Shown: in pieces, positions 26,701-39,098 of the stretch | Layout: the number at the start of each line of letters is the position of its first letter | Numbering within the stretch: position 1 is the stretch's first letter | Source: Amoebophrya sp. A120 | Lineage: Eukaryota; Protista; Dinoflagellata | Assembly (NCBI GenBank): GCA_905178155.1 | Contig: CAJINV010000015.1 | Coordinates: forward strand, 1,112,142 to 1,173,241 | Direction of reading: 5' to 3' | Length of the DNA stretch: 61,100 nucleotides | Position numbers and translations under genes: made by a program | Notes under the pieces: generated by a model | Database searches by the model: none | What the model saw: only the letters and a program-made list of their open reading frames with translations | What the model was told of the DNA's origin: nothing

Positions 26701-28367
26701 TTTTTCTTGCGATATTTTCCTCCTCTGCTTTCCTCACTGCGTTTATCAACTTGTTGCCCTCAAAGTAACTGATCAAGATCGAGGGAATCTTCACATTCTG
26801 CCCTGTGCCCGATTCATCGTCGGCCATGATGGTTGCCTGAATCTGCTCGGACGTTTTGCCGCTGGATTCCTTGTCGATGATAATCACGGCAGATGCTTTC
26901 TTCGCCTCTTCCTATCGAATGTAAAAATGTCTGGGTCTGGAAGAATGCGCGATTTGTCATGCAGCTTTTCCATGACCCATGAGGTCTGGAATGCAGGACC
27001 TAGGATGACAGATTCTGCGCGAGCTGTCTCATGCCTATCCTGCATGAGAAACTCCCTCCCGACTTGTTCAAAACTGGACGACTTTTGGTAATCTATCATG
27101 CAACACAGATTCTTGCTTGTTTCAGATTTAGCATGACAAGTTGCATTCTTCCAGACCCAGACATATTTACATTTGATACTTCCGCTACTTTCACCTTCTT
27201 CGCGAACGAGCACTTGCCCCGTTGCACCAGGACGATTATGGATGCGTCAGGATCGAAATCAACAAAATCGAAAAATTTGTGATGCATAAAAGCGATACCA
27301 GTTGGAGCCTCAGTTTTCGAGTGGCGCATGACAAATTTCGGGAGCTGCAAAATCCAGTCTGTCATGCTGTTTGAGCAAAGAAGACTGCTTCTGTCATGCT
27401 GCTCTGGCAACGCGTCTTCTTCCTCTAAACAGGCTTGCAATCGGTCTCATTTGCCTTCTTGCCAACACAGGCCTTACGTGCCCTACATTTTATGCATTAC
27501 AAGTTTTTCGATTTTGCCGATTTCGATCCTGACACTCCCATAACGATCGGCATCAGATTGCTGTCCTCGTTCGGCATCTGACTCTCCTCGATACTGTAGT
27601 CGTCCGCGTCGCAGTGGTATCCCACAAAAAAAGTGTTAGTACAGCTACACATTTACTGTCAATTCAGCAACACAAATTTTCTCCGCATCAGAGAGGAAAC
27701 TTGCAATGCAAAGATCATAAGGGGAAACACGTATGAAACGAGGCTCAAAAGTGAGCATTTCTGGCATGACAGGGGTTGTCTGTCATGCTGGGCCTGAAAG
27801 ACAGTGTGTAACTGTAACACTTTTCTCTGGTGATAAGTGGTTGTTCCCGTTTTTGCTTTCCCCGTACAGGATCTTTCCGATCACGCGGGCGCCAAAGTAG
27901 GGCGCGCCGAAGGTGGCGGTGGTGCCGTACACTATGGGGTTCTCAACTGTTACATTCTCAGCTGTTACATGATTTCTCATTCTCATGCAAAATGATCATG
28001 AGCCGCCAGACTATCAAGCTGCTTCGCATGACAAAGTCTCGAAGGGCTAGACAGCGTCTAAATCTGTGCCAAATTTGTGACGCGAGACTTGCAAGCTCGC
28101 CCCTTTCCCTATTGCTGTTTTTGCATCGCAAATCCATGTAACAGTTGAGAACGTAACGTTTGAGAACGCCATATACACGGTGGCCTGCGTCGAGTGAAAC
28201 TCGTCGCGAAGGGACTTCGGGCTGAGGATGTGGATCTGCGCGACCACACCTACGGGGCTGAGGAGGTACAGGTACTGCAGGAAGGCGAAGACGAAGGAAA
28301 TGGAAAATGATGTTGAGGGCGAAGATGCACGACTACAGGTGAGAAACTTTGTTTTCTTCATGCTCAT
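20719..28367 (-). CDS. PA-domain vacuolar sorting receptor (BP-80/VSR-like), ~19 introners + GT-AG intron 23633-23779
   Basis: Hydrophobic N-term, TATFGAPYFG, IVLVQRGKCSFAKKV, IMADD, IPSILI, FCAADPDG, RQICL, FWKY, RINGWRYSG, SICGGY, TM segment and YKKYL tail; start could be upstream (28796). Confidence 0.85.
20863..21066. mobile_element. Introner family F-like
   Basis: TSD AGCAG/AACAG. Confidence 0.75.
21096..21311. mobile_element. Introner family E
   Basis: TSD ACAAT/ACGAT. Confidence 0.88.
21372..21646. mobile_element. Introner family A
   Basis: TSD CGGTT/CAGTT. Confidence 0.85.
21691..21941. mobile_element. Highly decayed introner-like intron
   Basis: TAT..ATA ends, interrupts KRPE|CERF, no clear TIR/TSD. 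Confidence 0.5.
22009..22190. mobile_element. Introner family B-like
   Basis: TIR TATGCACTGCAA, TSD CCCAG/CCCGG. Confidence 0.8.
22277..22513. mobile_element. Introner family F
   Basis: Left end TCT, TSD CCAGT/ACAGT. Confidence 0.8.
22572..22731. mobile_element. Introner family B
   Basis: TSD CTGGC/CTGAC. Confidence 0.82.
22798..23048. mobile_element. Introner family A
   Basis: TSD AAAGT; close sister of 36070-36321. Confidence 0.92.
23091..23235. mobile_element. Introner family B
   Basis: TSD GCCGT, overlapping first base of next element. Confidence 0.92.
23240..23572. mobile_element. Introner family E, degenerate
   Basis: E-type ends GTGCAC..CCCTC. Confidence 0.75.
23835..25114. mobile_element. 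Long decayed introner (1.28 kb)
   Basis: Ends TATGGAATG / rc TATGGGATG; interrupts VVEED|.RQICL. Confidence 0.65.
25154..25338. mobile_element. Introner family F-like
   Basis: TIR TATCGCA.A.AAAA, TSD CCCCG. Confidence 0.82.
25481..26173. mobile_element. Decayed introner-like intron hosting a nested family A copy
   Basis: TAT..ATA ends; element+5 nt restores frame. Confidence 0.55.
25713..25998. mobile_element. Introner family A nested in an intron
   Basis: TSD AGTAG; left end CGT; close sister of 57797-58064. Confidence 0.88.
26279..26467. mobile_element. Introner family B-like
   Basis: TSD CCAGG. Confidence 0.82.
26501..26714. mobile_element. Introner family F
   Basis: TSD TTTTC; inverted sister of 42126-42339. 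Confidence 0.9.
26913..27178. mobile_element. Introner family A
   Basis: TSD CTTCC. Confidence 0.92.
27237..27542. mobile_element. Introner family I
   Basis: TIR TATGG..GTCAGGATCGAAATC..CAAAATCGAAAAA, TSD ACGAT. Confidence 0.92.
27618..27835. mobile_element. Introner family F-like
   Basis: TSD AGTGG. Confidence 0.85.
27933..28173. mobile_element. Introner family H
   Basis: TIR TATGG.GTTCTCAA..GTTAC.TTCTCA.CTGTTACATG, TSD TACAC. Confidence 0.9.
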
Positions 28368-30282
28368 GTTCCTCCTCTCTGAAGTCCTCGATGATCTCCT
28401 TCGGTGAAAATTTACATCTCTCGAAGTTGGCGCTTCCCCCCTGCTGCTGGCGCTCGGTGAGAAAAAGGGGCCCAGTCCTCCTCGTCTGCGCCCCGGCACG
28501 TCATCTGTGATCTTGTCGTGCGCGGGTCCTAAGCTTGTCCGCTGCAGCTCGGCTTCTCTTTCCCGCGGGTGCACCTCCTGCTCCTGATAGGCACTCCTAG
28601 TACTACCCCCCGTCCGGTCGTTCTGTCGGCATCGCCCACAAAACCCAACCGAGGAGCGATCACGCAGTTGTCGACGTACTAGCGGGGAGGACGCGAGGTT
28701 GTATGCGGTGGTCTGTTCTTTTTTTGTCCCGCTGCGTGGTGCCACCTGCCGAGCAGCGGACGAGACGGAACGACATGTCGAAGTCAGCAACGTCATTTTT
28801 CAGAAGTATGTTACTTACTTATGCAGATGGGAGGTTGCTGGTTGCAGGCATGGTGGGCTCCCGATGTTGCAGCTGCACGAGTTTCTAATGACCAACGAAG
28901 ATCTTGTGTTACTTGATGTCTAGACCGGTACAGCTATGCGATGAACTGGCTGTAATCAAGGCTGAAAACTTTAACTTCATGCGAATAAACGGACAGAACC
29001 AGAAGTAGCACCAATGCTTTTCACCTTTTGATCTTCTCGAGCGAACAACAGAAACGTCTTTTTGGTCCACAGACCGCGACTGTCTCCACATCGAGAAAGC
29101 TCGACTTCGTTTTTTTTTATTTTTTCAGAACCATATAATTCCCTGGAAGCAGATATACCATCGTAGTTTGCAATTTGTGCTGTAGAAGAAGACAATCAGC
29201 AAAATGGCATCGGCATCAGACAGAACTATAGGTTGATAGAAGCACCGCTGGATGTTGAAGACTGTTGAGTTGTTTCTTTCTACTTTTCCTTTTCGCCGCG
29301 AGACGAGAATTTAGGTAAGTGCTATTTTTCGTGTAGGTAGAATACAATAGTCAACTACAATTGTCTAATGTCTTCATTCACAGCGGTCCTTCTTGTTTCC
29401 CGTAAAACATCAAGTGTCAAAATCAAACTCTACTCTTCGACTACTAGAAAAAGATCTTCAGAACAGTTTCAGCTTGTTTTTCGGAAACAAAAAGGAACAT
29501 GTCCAATAGCATCTTCTAGTTCTACATCGTCGGAATAAAGCAGAGGAAGATGAAGGAAAAGGTACCACTAGTACGTGTGGCAAACAATAGAGATTCGCTG
29601 ATCAGAAGCGCGCCCTCTCTACATACATTTGTATAGCAGGTACTCGTGGTCATCGTTTTCCCTACTTCTTCGGAAAATAGGAATACCAAACAAAATCGCT
29701 TCGTGGAACTGTACAGTTGTGGTAGCCTGACCAACCTGGTGCTTAGGTCGATTTGATAAATGTCTTTGATCATGGTAGCGATAGCGATCCCTAAGAACGT
29801 GTAGTTCCAATACAACTCTTGTAAAATTGAGAACGCGTTTTTCGGAGCGCGGACGACTAATACAGGTTATGTAAGTAACCAGCCCGGGAGCATTGGGTGG
29901 AAAGCGTAAAGGCATGTCATACCATGTGGGTAAACGTAAGTTGTATTGTAATATAGTCGAACAGGAAATGCTTCTTGCAACGATGCAAACAAGTTAGAGC
30001 AGGTTGTGAAGTGCATGAATGTGATAATATATTCATAGATCAACTGATGTTGGACGTGGAAAGAGTCTTGTATTTCGTGGTTACCGTTAGTTTTCGAACT
30101 TAGAAATAAGTGCGGGAAGCGCAAAAAGAAAAAAGATCCTATAGCTGCCTGAAGCAATTAATGTGTGGCCAAATTGTGAACATTTACAAGAGAACCATAG
30201 ATAAGTAGATGAAGATCTGAGAACCATAGCTTTGCAGTATTTCGAAAAATGCGTCACACCGAGGGCCCCTGCGGCGGCCCTA

Positions 30283-30728
30283 TCACAGGCCCGTCGAAAC
30301 AGCGAAGCACGCGTCGTCTTCGGGATGATTGGTGCACGGGTCGCTCGGGTCCGGGGTCGTGGACGGGTCGGTACCCGTGGACGGAAAAAACTCCGCAAAT
30401 GGGTTTCCCCTGAACCAATCGCCCGCGTTCAGCACTTTCGCCTTCTTCTTCTCGGCCTTTTTTTCTTCCGCCTTCTTCAGCGCGTCCACCTTCTTCAGCG
30501 CGTCCACCTTCTTCGACGCGTCCACCTTCTTCAGCGCGTCCACCTTCTTCAACGCGTCCACCTTCTTCCCACGAGCGACGACGCGCTCGTTCTGCATGAA
30601 CCCGGACGGCATGGTCTCACTTCCTTGCCAATAGTGCGTCGCCCCGTGCTCCTTCTTCTTCGCCGCATAAACGCCCCCCCCCCCCCCAGGGGGTTGGCGG
30701 CAGCAACGATGGCGATTTTCTTCATCAT
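30283..30728 (-). other. Short ORF with KKVDAL x5 repeat, possibly frameshifted at a G14 run
   Basis: ORF 30283-30612 plus upstream MMKKIAIVAAA start in another frame across a homopolymer. Confidence 0.3.
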
Positions 30729-32177
30729 CGTGTTTGTGGTTTTTGCTTTTTCTCTTTCACAGAAAGAAAATTTGTGTTCGTATTTCGACTACGCGTGCGG
30801 TCTGCTCTTACGTCGTTGCGAACTTTTTCGTGCTTGACTTTTATTTTGTCTAACGCGAGACAAAAAAAACGGAAAGGGAACTGCATGAATGTGGTGGATG
30901 GTGATGGTTTTCAAAACGAAAACTTACATTTGTTCTACGACCCGTAGCATTTCGAGCGACGAAAATAAATGAAGGCAAGCAGTACTGCGACGACAAGGAC
31001 GATGGCCAAAATACGAGTGCGTTTTTTGTCATGAGTTAACATCTGATTGCGACGAAGACGAAGAGCGCACATTACCGCTACGAGAATATCTTTGCAGCTT
31101 TGATTTTGATACGACGTGATGTAGGAGGTCTTGTACTGTCCGTAGTTTCAGCTTTTTTTCACGACTTGTTGACGATCAGACGTTATGTGAGCCGACCCCG
31201 GCGAAGATCAACACCACGAGTGATTGTGAATGTGATACAACGACGAGCGATATTTATTACTATTAGTTTGCACTTGCAGCACGAAGTAGGAAAGACCAGC
31301 GACGAGAGCAACGGGTCGGTTCCTGATGGTGAACGAATTTCAAATGACCCACGAAGATCTTGTGTTGCTTGTCATCTCCTGGCACGAAAATCTAATGGCT
31401 TCTTCTAAAGATTATCAACGACTTCTGAAGTCGGGCTTATGCTCGCGTTTTGCGTCCAACGAAATGCCTTTATCCAGAAACACGAACAAGCGGCAGCTAC
31501 GAAGTGGACATGCGAACTAGATGCTGAGGCATTCTTTTTTCTGATCTGGTCTTCCTCGTCAGATACTTTAGATTCTCAAAAGCTCCAGCGTGTGTAGTCT
31601 TCCCCCGAAGATGAAGTCGGGATGAAAAACTATTGATGATTCTAGTATAGTACGAAGCAAGACTGACATATTTTATCTCGTCGTCGTCCGGAAACTTCAA
31701 GACCGGAAAAAAATGGATATTTTGACAACGCTATAAATTATAGTTTCTCTGCTCTTTTTGCTGGTAGAGCAAAAAATTGCGCAAAAAAGTTGAGTTTGAG
31801 ACGGATTGCCTTACAAGAAAGACATTCGTAAGCAAAAACCAACCATAGTACGTCGCGCGTCAGGGCCGAAATCTATTTATTTCGAAGTAAGTTAGCGCCG
31901 CGTCGTCGTTGTCACAACTCTAATCGCATCCTTGGCCCAACCAAAAAAAAACGAGCAAAGAGAGAAAACCACAAGGAAAAATTTTTGTTTTGTACTATCA
32001 CTATCGCCTGGATAATTTATATATAATTAGGTAGTTCAGCGACCACTTAGAATTAAGAACTTCGTCTCCCCTCCAAAAAAACTGCGCGGCCTGCCGGTCA
32101 ATGTTTTGTGAGCCAGCACATTTGTGTTGATTCATCATGTTCACGACTCAACATCCGGCTGAAAAATATTCTCCCGC

Positions 32178-33222
32178 TCAAGCCAATGCGTACGCGCCCT
32201 CCAGCATCTTGACTGCGAAATCCTTGGCGTCCTTCGGCGGATATCATAGTGAGAAACGCCCCGACCCCAAGCCTCGGACGGAGTATTTGTGTTGCCATTC
32301 TTTCCAAAGGAGACATTCCCGCTCATGCTTGTGATCCTACCAAAGCAAATTGTTGATGCAGCATGGCGAAAGTTTGTGTTGCAAAAAAATCCTATCCAGT
32401 AAGAGGGGGGATTCTGCTCTTGTCTTAAGAGATGCTACGCAGGCCTAGAGTCTCCCGCGGACGAGAGTCATGCAAGACAAAAACCTTCCGTTTTGGAAAT
32501 TTCGCAATACAAACATGTGGCCGTTGGGGGAGGGGACGGGGCATTTGCATTTTGATACCGGCTTCTTCTTCATGAGAGCTTCGGAAGACTTGGTCTCCTT
32601 GGCCAGCGCAGCCAAATCTCCCTTATGGATGTGTCAGGATCGAAATCGACAAAATCGAAAAATTTGTGATGCGTAAAATGTAGGGCACTGAACGCCTGTA
32701 ATGGGGAGCAGGCAAATGAGACCGATTGTAAGCGTGTTGAGGGGTATGCAATGCGCTGCCAGCGTAGCATGACAGGAGCAGTCTTCTTTGCCCAAACAGC
32801 ATGACAAACTGGATTTTGGTGCTCCCGAAATTTGTCATGCGCCACTTGAAAGCTGAGGCTTCAACTGGTATCGATTTTGTGCATCACAAATTTTTCGATT
32901 TTGTCAATTTCGATTCTGACACTTCCATATCCCTTCTGCTTCGTGTACAAATCCATCAGGGGCTGAAAATCCATGTAGGGTATCAATATACTTCTGTCGA
33001 CAGTGATTCACTATCATTGCACATGATGATGATCGTGAAGATTCATTCATACAGTGAAAAACGGTGCCTTTTCAATCAAATTCAAAAAGTCCAAGTATGT
33101 CTAATTACCTTCAACATGGCTTGATCCGGCCCGGTAGCACCCCCCGCGGCGGGCTTCACCTTGTTGAGCCCAGCCTTCTGCTTCGCGAAGGTGTCACCGT
33201 CGAAGTTTTCGGGACCCGGCAT
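32178..33222 (-). CDS. Small hypothetical protein (~88 aa), 1 GT-AG intron + 2 introners
   Basis: MPGPENFDGDTFAKQKAGLNKVKPAAGGATGPDQAMLK|PLMDLYTKQKG|DLAALAKETKSSEALMKKKP|xKDAKDFAVKMLEGAYALA*. Confidence 0.7.
32242..32557. mobile_element. Introner family C-like, degenerate
   Basis: TATCA..CCCC ends; frame restored by element+5 nt. Confidence 0.7.
32624..32929. mobile_element. Introner family I
   Basis: TSD TCCCT; inverted sister of 27237-27542. Confidence 0.92.
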
Positions 33223-34407
33223 GTTGTTCTCGACGCAGATCCTCGCTTTCTCGTGCTAGTGCAGCAAAAAGGAAATAGCGCTACAACGAACAACCTCTGT
33301 TCTTGAGAGCACGACAAATCTCAGGTGATGAGTAAGTTTTGGTGAATGCTAGTTAGCGCGTTTTTGGTGATTGGTACTACTTCACGAGGAAATATAAGGG
33401 GAAATGGATATGGAATTCAACTTATCGTGTTTAATACTTTAGCGACCTCCTGTTTTTCAATGAGTCAAAAGAAAAAATTCAAGATAATTTTTCAATCAAC
33501 GACATGCACGAAAGAAAACAAGAACGACAGCAAGACGGTAGTTCGCAGCTGCCAGAGCAGCCGCGGCTACAACCGCTACTCCTTCTATCGTATCCGGACG
33601 ATAAAATCGTGTAAAGAAGTGTGGCTGAACAACGAGGAGCTGCCAACATACCAGCGTACTAGGACCGAAGCTATACAGCTTGCTCCTTCTGATTCTCCTT
33701 TTTCTAATCTGGTGCACGAGTTCCGACTTCTGAACGATCACGATGCAGTACTTTCAAGTACAGTACTGAGTGCTTGTAACTATAGACAATCTTCAAACGA
33801 GATCTTTATCGTGACCGAGGAGCCATCTTCGTGTGAAGAACGCAACAGAGGAGACCGGTTTTATTCCTTTAGTCAAAAAAACCGATGTTCATGCGCGTTC
33901 CTGTGTTTTCTATATTCAATGTTCTTGTACTTACGGGCAAACCGATTTTATTATTCCATGTTTTCCTGTCCTTTCTTTGTGCACCGAAGTTCTTTCTATG
34001 CGCCACAGCGTATAGACAAGTTGATTTTGACTTGTCCGCTCTTCCATCGTCCATACCGAAGATGACGATGTTGATGTTGTTGTTTGCACATCTCTACAAC
34101 TGGACGACTGAGCCTATCGTGAACACGAACGGTGCTGAGGCGTAGGACTCTTTTCCGTCTTTTCATTTCAGCGGATGTTGCCAAGGCGTCAGCTACGAAC
34201 AGTGTACCTATTTCCACAGCTGTTTCGTGCACGCATCCTTTATTTCTTCTAGATCTACACCGAGGCGGTTACAACATTTGTCCGCGCCCGCGTCTTTCGC
34301 ACTTGTTCTATAGCGCACTTAACTCCTACACACACACGATACACACAGAGGTCGTCATCGTCTTTCGGGTCGCTACCATCGCGGTCTACCCCTCGTGAAG
34401 ATGTTCC

Positions 34408-37400
34408 TCACCAGTCGTCAAACGCAAAGGCTTTGTACTGTTTTCTCTTTCGGGCCGCGTTTGCGTCTTCCCGTTCTTCTTTGCTCATGCCCTCCAGCTC
34501 CTTACGCGTCACCACCTGCCCATCCTGCAGCTTTTGCTTCGCTTTTTCGATCTCGAGCAGGGAATCCAGCATGGACACCGAGTCCGTCGCCCCCTCCAGT
34601 TCGTTTCGCCGAATGAGCTTTATCGAAAGGAAATATCCCCCCGCCTCCTCGTATCGAAGCGGATACTTCTGTTGCTGGATTTGTGTACACAAATCAGCTT
34701 TGTATTGCAGGAAGGTATTGCGGCCAGATCCCCAGGCTAGGTAGGGGCGTATCGGTCTAGTTGTTCAGCATGGCAAATGGCTCGCCTTTAGGCCCAACAG
34801 CATGACAAATCGCTTCCATACTGGGGGCGAAGCTTCTGCCCTTGTCTCCTTGCAAGAAAGATGTCATCTGTAGTGACCTCAAATCAGCAATCCAAATTTT
34901 CGGAAACATAAATTTTTGATATGGGGAGGGGGAGTTTTTCCTTTCAATAAGCTTGGTCGCGAGTTCGTTCGATAGCAAATACTTGCCCACTTCGTTCGTC
35001 TCCCGCGCCGCGTGGTTTTTCATGATGTCGCGATTTGAGTTGTTGAACCAAATTTCTGGGCCCCGCTCCTCCTTCCGCTTCTTTTCCGCCGCGTCCTTTT
35101 CCTCCTGTTTCAAGAAGTCCTCGAAGGGGTTGGAAAAAATCTCGATTTCTGTTATCGTGATGTCGTAATTCTTCGGTTTGTTCGGCCTCGGGTCGTCCGT
35201 GTATGCATTTTTGCAAAGACGTTTGTTCTGGGTCTGGGTGGATGTAGGACTTGCTAATTATGCCGCACTTCCATATTACTCTTGAATTCTGTATATGCAG
35301 CCAGGATGCGGAGTGCTAGGGATGCGTCTCTATCTAACATGTTGCACAGTCACGATTTGTCATGCGTCTTTTACGCACGACCACAGAACTGTTCAGAAAC
35401 CTCTCAAAATCATGCTTGGCTCCTTAATGCAGTCAATCTGGCTGGCTCTGCTTCTGCCTGGCATGCCTATGTTATAGCATGACAACTTTCTGGACCCAGA
35501 CGCAGGAAAGAACATATTTACATGTCATAGCTTCCCGGTGGTGGCGATGTCCCGGCCCAGCGTTTCTAAGAGCGCGAAATTCCCGACCACTCGGCCGAAA
35601 CACGTGTGTTTTTTGAACAGCGTGGAGGTCAGGTCGTCGCGGAGCGTATCCTGAGCAAAAACGTCCCGACCTCATAGTCAACAAGATGGGAAATCTGCTA
35701 GACAAATCAGCCAGCTTTGGTTGCTGCGCATGACAAGCTTGGCCTCGTAGTGTAATCCTGTTTAGGTAGTTCAGCAGCATCACAGATCTAGCCTATCATT
35801 GTGATTCCAGCATCACAAATTTCAAAACGCGACTAGTAAGTGCTGCTCATGCGGCTCCGCATGAGAAATATTTTCAGCATGCAGATTTGCATTACAACGT
35901 TGGGGTGGGGACGTTTTTACATAGGATAGAGCGTGAAGAAAAACTGGGACTTGTTTTCGTTTTTCACCGAAGGATTCGCCATGGCTAAACACGCTTTCTT
36001 CTGGAATTGAAGCCGCGAGTCGATTTCGTCCTTAAACGGTTTCCCGTCGTCAAACGCCGACTGCCCGCCTATCAAATGTAAAAATGTCTGGGTCTGGAAG
36101 AGTCATGCTGTTTTTGCATGACAAAGAAGGTCTGGCATGGAAGCTCTAGCATTACAGGTTTCGAGAAGCTTCCGCAATGCCGAATCCGCATGACAAATCC
36201 CACACTTTGGTGACAGAAAGTGGGCAGCTTTTGCTGCTTATGCATGAGAGATTTTTCTGTGTTCTGAAATGCGCATCACAAGTTGGTATTCTTCCAGACC
36301 CAGACATTTTTGCAGTTGATACCGCCCGTCCCGGTACCACTCGGGTCGCCCCCCTGGAGCACAAAATTAGGGACCAGCCGGTGGAATATCGTGCCCGTGT
36401 AGTACCCCGATTCGCAGTGCCGGAGAAAGTTGTCCACTGCGTGCGGCGCGATGTCTGCGTGCAGCTCTATGTTGATGGCCCCGAGCGGCTTGGGCTGTGC
36501 CTGCGGGGCCGCGGCGCCGTGGAGTTTTTTCTCCTTTATATCCACTAACCCGAGCGACATTTTCACGTAGCCCTTGCAGTTCTTTTGCCGCTTTTTCACC
36601 TGGTCGTACAAGAGCTCCCGCTCCTCCTCATCGGTGTTCAGCCGGTTTGCGTTGTTGCCCGTGGTCGCCAGTGCCATGGTACTGGTAAACCCTCGGGACA
36701 CCTGGCCGGACGTGTAAAACTTGTTTACCGTTCGGTTCTTTTCCTGCTCGCGTTTCTTCTTGTCAAGCTCTTCCTGTTTCTGTCGTTTGGCGTCGTTTAT
36801 CACGTCCAGCTCCTGTTTGCGCTTTTTCTGCGCCTCCAGCGCGGACTTCATGGATTCGGAAGTGATATTGATGAACTTGTGCTCGTCCTCTTTTTCCTTC
36901 TTCTTCTATCATATGTAAAAGCGTCCCCACCCCCATAGTCAAGCTGGGAACTTAGCAACACAAATCCAGAAGTTTTGGAAGCCAGTCATGACAAAGTGCA
37001 GTCCGTAGTGTAGTGCAGGGTGGCAACGGAAACAGCATCACAAATCCATCTGCTCATCCTGTTTTCAGCATTACAAATACCAAAACACTATTGGCACTGC
37101 CTCTCTTGGGTCTGCGCATTACAAATGTTCCTGCAATCGTCTGCATGACAACTCTGGGGTTGGGACGTTTTTACACAGGATATCTTCACCGCCTCGTTCT
37201 GACTGCCGGTGAAACGGGCATTTATCTCCGCGAAGATGTTGTCCTTGGTCGCATCCCGAATGCTGTCCATAATCGTGTTGGTCGCAAATTTGTTCTCCTT
37301 TTTCGGGTCTTTCCGGCCTGCTGTACTAGCATGGTGTTTTGCAGTAGAAGAAGAAGAGGAAGAAGACATTCCTTTCGTAGTAGCCTGCTTTTCTTCCATC

Positions 37401-39098
37401 GCGAGCGCTAGTTCCCGTTCCAGTCGGTCCTTCTCCTTCACATGCCAGAACTTCGTGACGTCGCGCAACTCCGGCTGCTGCGGGTCCTATGCATTGAAAA
37501 AGTATCGTACTCGTATAAATGCATTACAAATTTTCTCAGCATTAGAAATAAAATCTGTAATGCGAATTTACCCTGAGAAAAAGATTTGTAATGCATGACT
37601 GCGATTACTACGAGTACGATACTTTTGCACAGGATAGATCCTGCAACACGACGATGTCTTTTCTCCAGTCGAATGGCTCTGCGTATGACAGTGCACAGCT
37701 CCCCCTCCCCCTCATTTGTCATGCAAAACCCCAAATCCAGTTGCTGCCTTGTGGCATTGTTTGCATGACAAATATACGGAAGCCCAAAGAGTACAACTTA
37801 CATACTACATATAGGCACGCAAACAATTTGTCATGCGTAGGCTCCATATGTGCTGGCGTTTGTGTTGCTGTTCATGCTATACAAATGTGGGGGAGGAGGG
37901 GGAGTTGTGCACTCTCATACTTCGGTGATCAAGTCGTGAAAATTCCCCGCCTTCTTGTTCAGCTGGAACACCGTTTCAAACAGGTACACGTGCCCCGACT
38001 GCGCGTTCAGGACGACCTTCGCCGTTTCCAGGAGCGGTTTTGTCGTGTCGATGGCGTCGCAGAATTCGGACGTGGTCAGGTCGTCCTTGTTATCCTGTGC
38101 AAAAGTATCGCACTCGTAGTAATCGCAATCCTGCATATACAAATTTTCATCCCGAGGTAAAACAGCATCACAAATTCCATTTGTCATGCGGAGCTAATTT
38201 GTAATGCGATTACTACTACGTGCGATGGTGCTTTTGCAATTCATACTTGTCCTGCTTCGGCATTTTCGTGAACTTGACCGCCACCAGATTACTGATGGAC
38301 AAAGCCTTGCCCGTCACGGGGGACTTCTCCCCGAAATTCTTCAGGAACCTGGAAAAGATAGAAAAAGAATAGGAATGCGTTCGAATTGATGATCACTTCG
38401 TAGGTAAGTACAAATCAATGCGAAGTAGCTCGTGAAAATCGTGAAAGAATCACTACTGCCCTTCTACTTCGCCACGATCAAGTGCAACGAACATCTTGTT
38501 CTCGCATCTCCTGCAGTATGCAGAAGAAACTACAAACAGCGTCAAGGTCAATCATCTTCATGACTATCGCGCGTCAAGGTCAATCAAACCAAACTAAAAT
38601 CAGCAACAAGTTGTATAAATCTATCCTAATACGGTATTATATTCGCGGCCTCGTAAACATCCCCGGTGCTCCTGTCGCAGACCGGCGACTCGAATTTTTG
38701 CAGGGACAGCGCGCAGCAGTGCAACGGAAGTTTTTTGAACGGGAGTTGTTTCACGTTGTAGCCTATGCATTGCAAATATGTCTGAAGATTCCTGGATTTG
38801 TGATGCATATTTTGTATGATCCATGATGCATGTAATGCATGACCCAGCATCACAGATTTTTAGAGGGTTTCCTGATGCCTATTACGCATGAGAAATGCCC
38901 TCTCCGCGTAACACAAACTGGACTCGTCCTGTTGTTGGTCACGCAATACAGATTTTTTTGGAATCCAAAGACAGCATGACAGGTTGCAATCTTCCAGGAG
39001 ACCCAGACATTTTTGCAATGCATATAGCCGCCCCAGGATTCCGCGTACTCCGTGGGGTTCATCCACAACTTATCCTTCGAGTGCTGCTGCTTGCCCAT
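34408..39098 (-). CDS. PPIL2: RING/U-box cyclophilin (PPIL2/CYP60-like), 9 introners + 1 GT-AG intron
   Basis: [68 protein letters not shown]|QSAF..KPFKDE, LAMAN, SQFFFTL|, [11 protein letters not shown], ends FDDW*. Confidence 0.95.
34621..34949. mobile_element. Introner family C
   Basis: TSD AGCTT. Confidence 0.9.
35202..35529. mobile_element. Introner family A-like, degenerate
   Basis: Inverted TCTGGGTC; TSD decayed. Confidence 0.72.
35647..35928. mobile_element. Introner family D
   Basis: TSD GAGCG. Confidence 0.9.
36070..36321. mobile_element. Introner family A
   Basis: TSD CCGCC, inside cyclophilin GTGG motif. Confidence 0.93.
36907..37182. mobile_element. Introner family D
   Basis: TSD TCTTC. 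Confidence 0.9.
37488..37636. mobile_element. Introner family B
   Basis: TSD GGTCC/GATCC. Confidence 0.9.
37684..37919. mobile_element. Introner family E
   Basis: TSD CTGCG/CTTCG. Confidence 0.9.
38091..38245. mobile_element. Introner family B
   Basis: TSD CTTGT. Confidence 0.9.
38764..39024. mobile_element. Introner family A
   Basis: TSD TAGCC. Confidence 0.9.
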
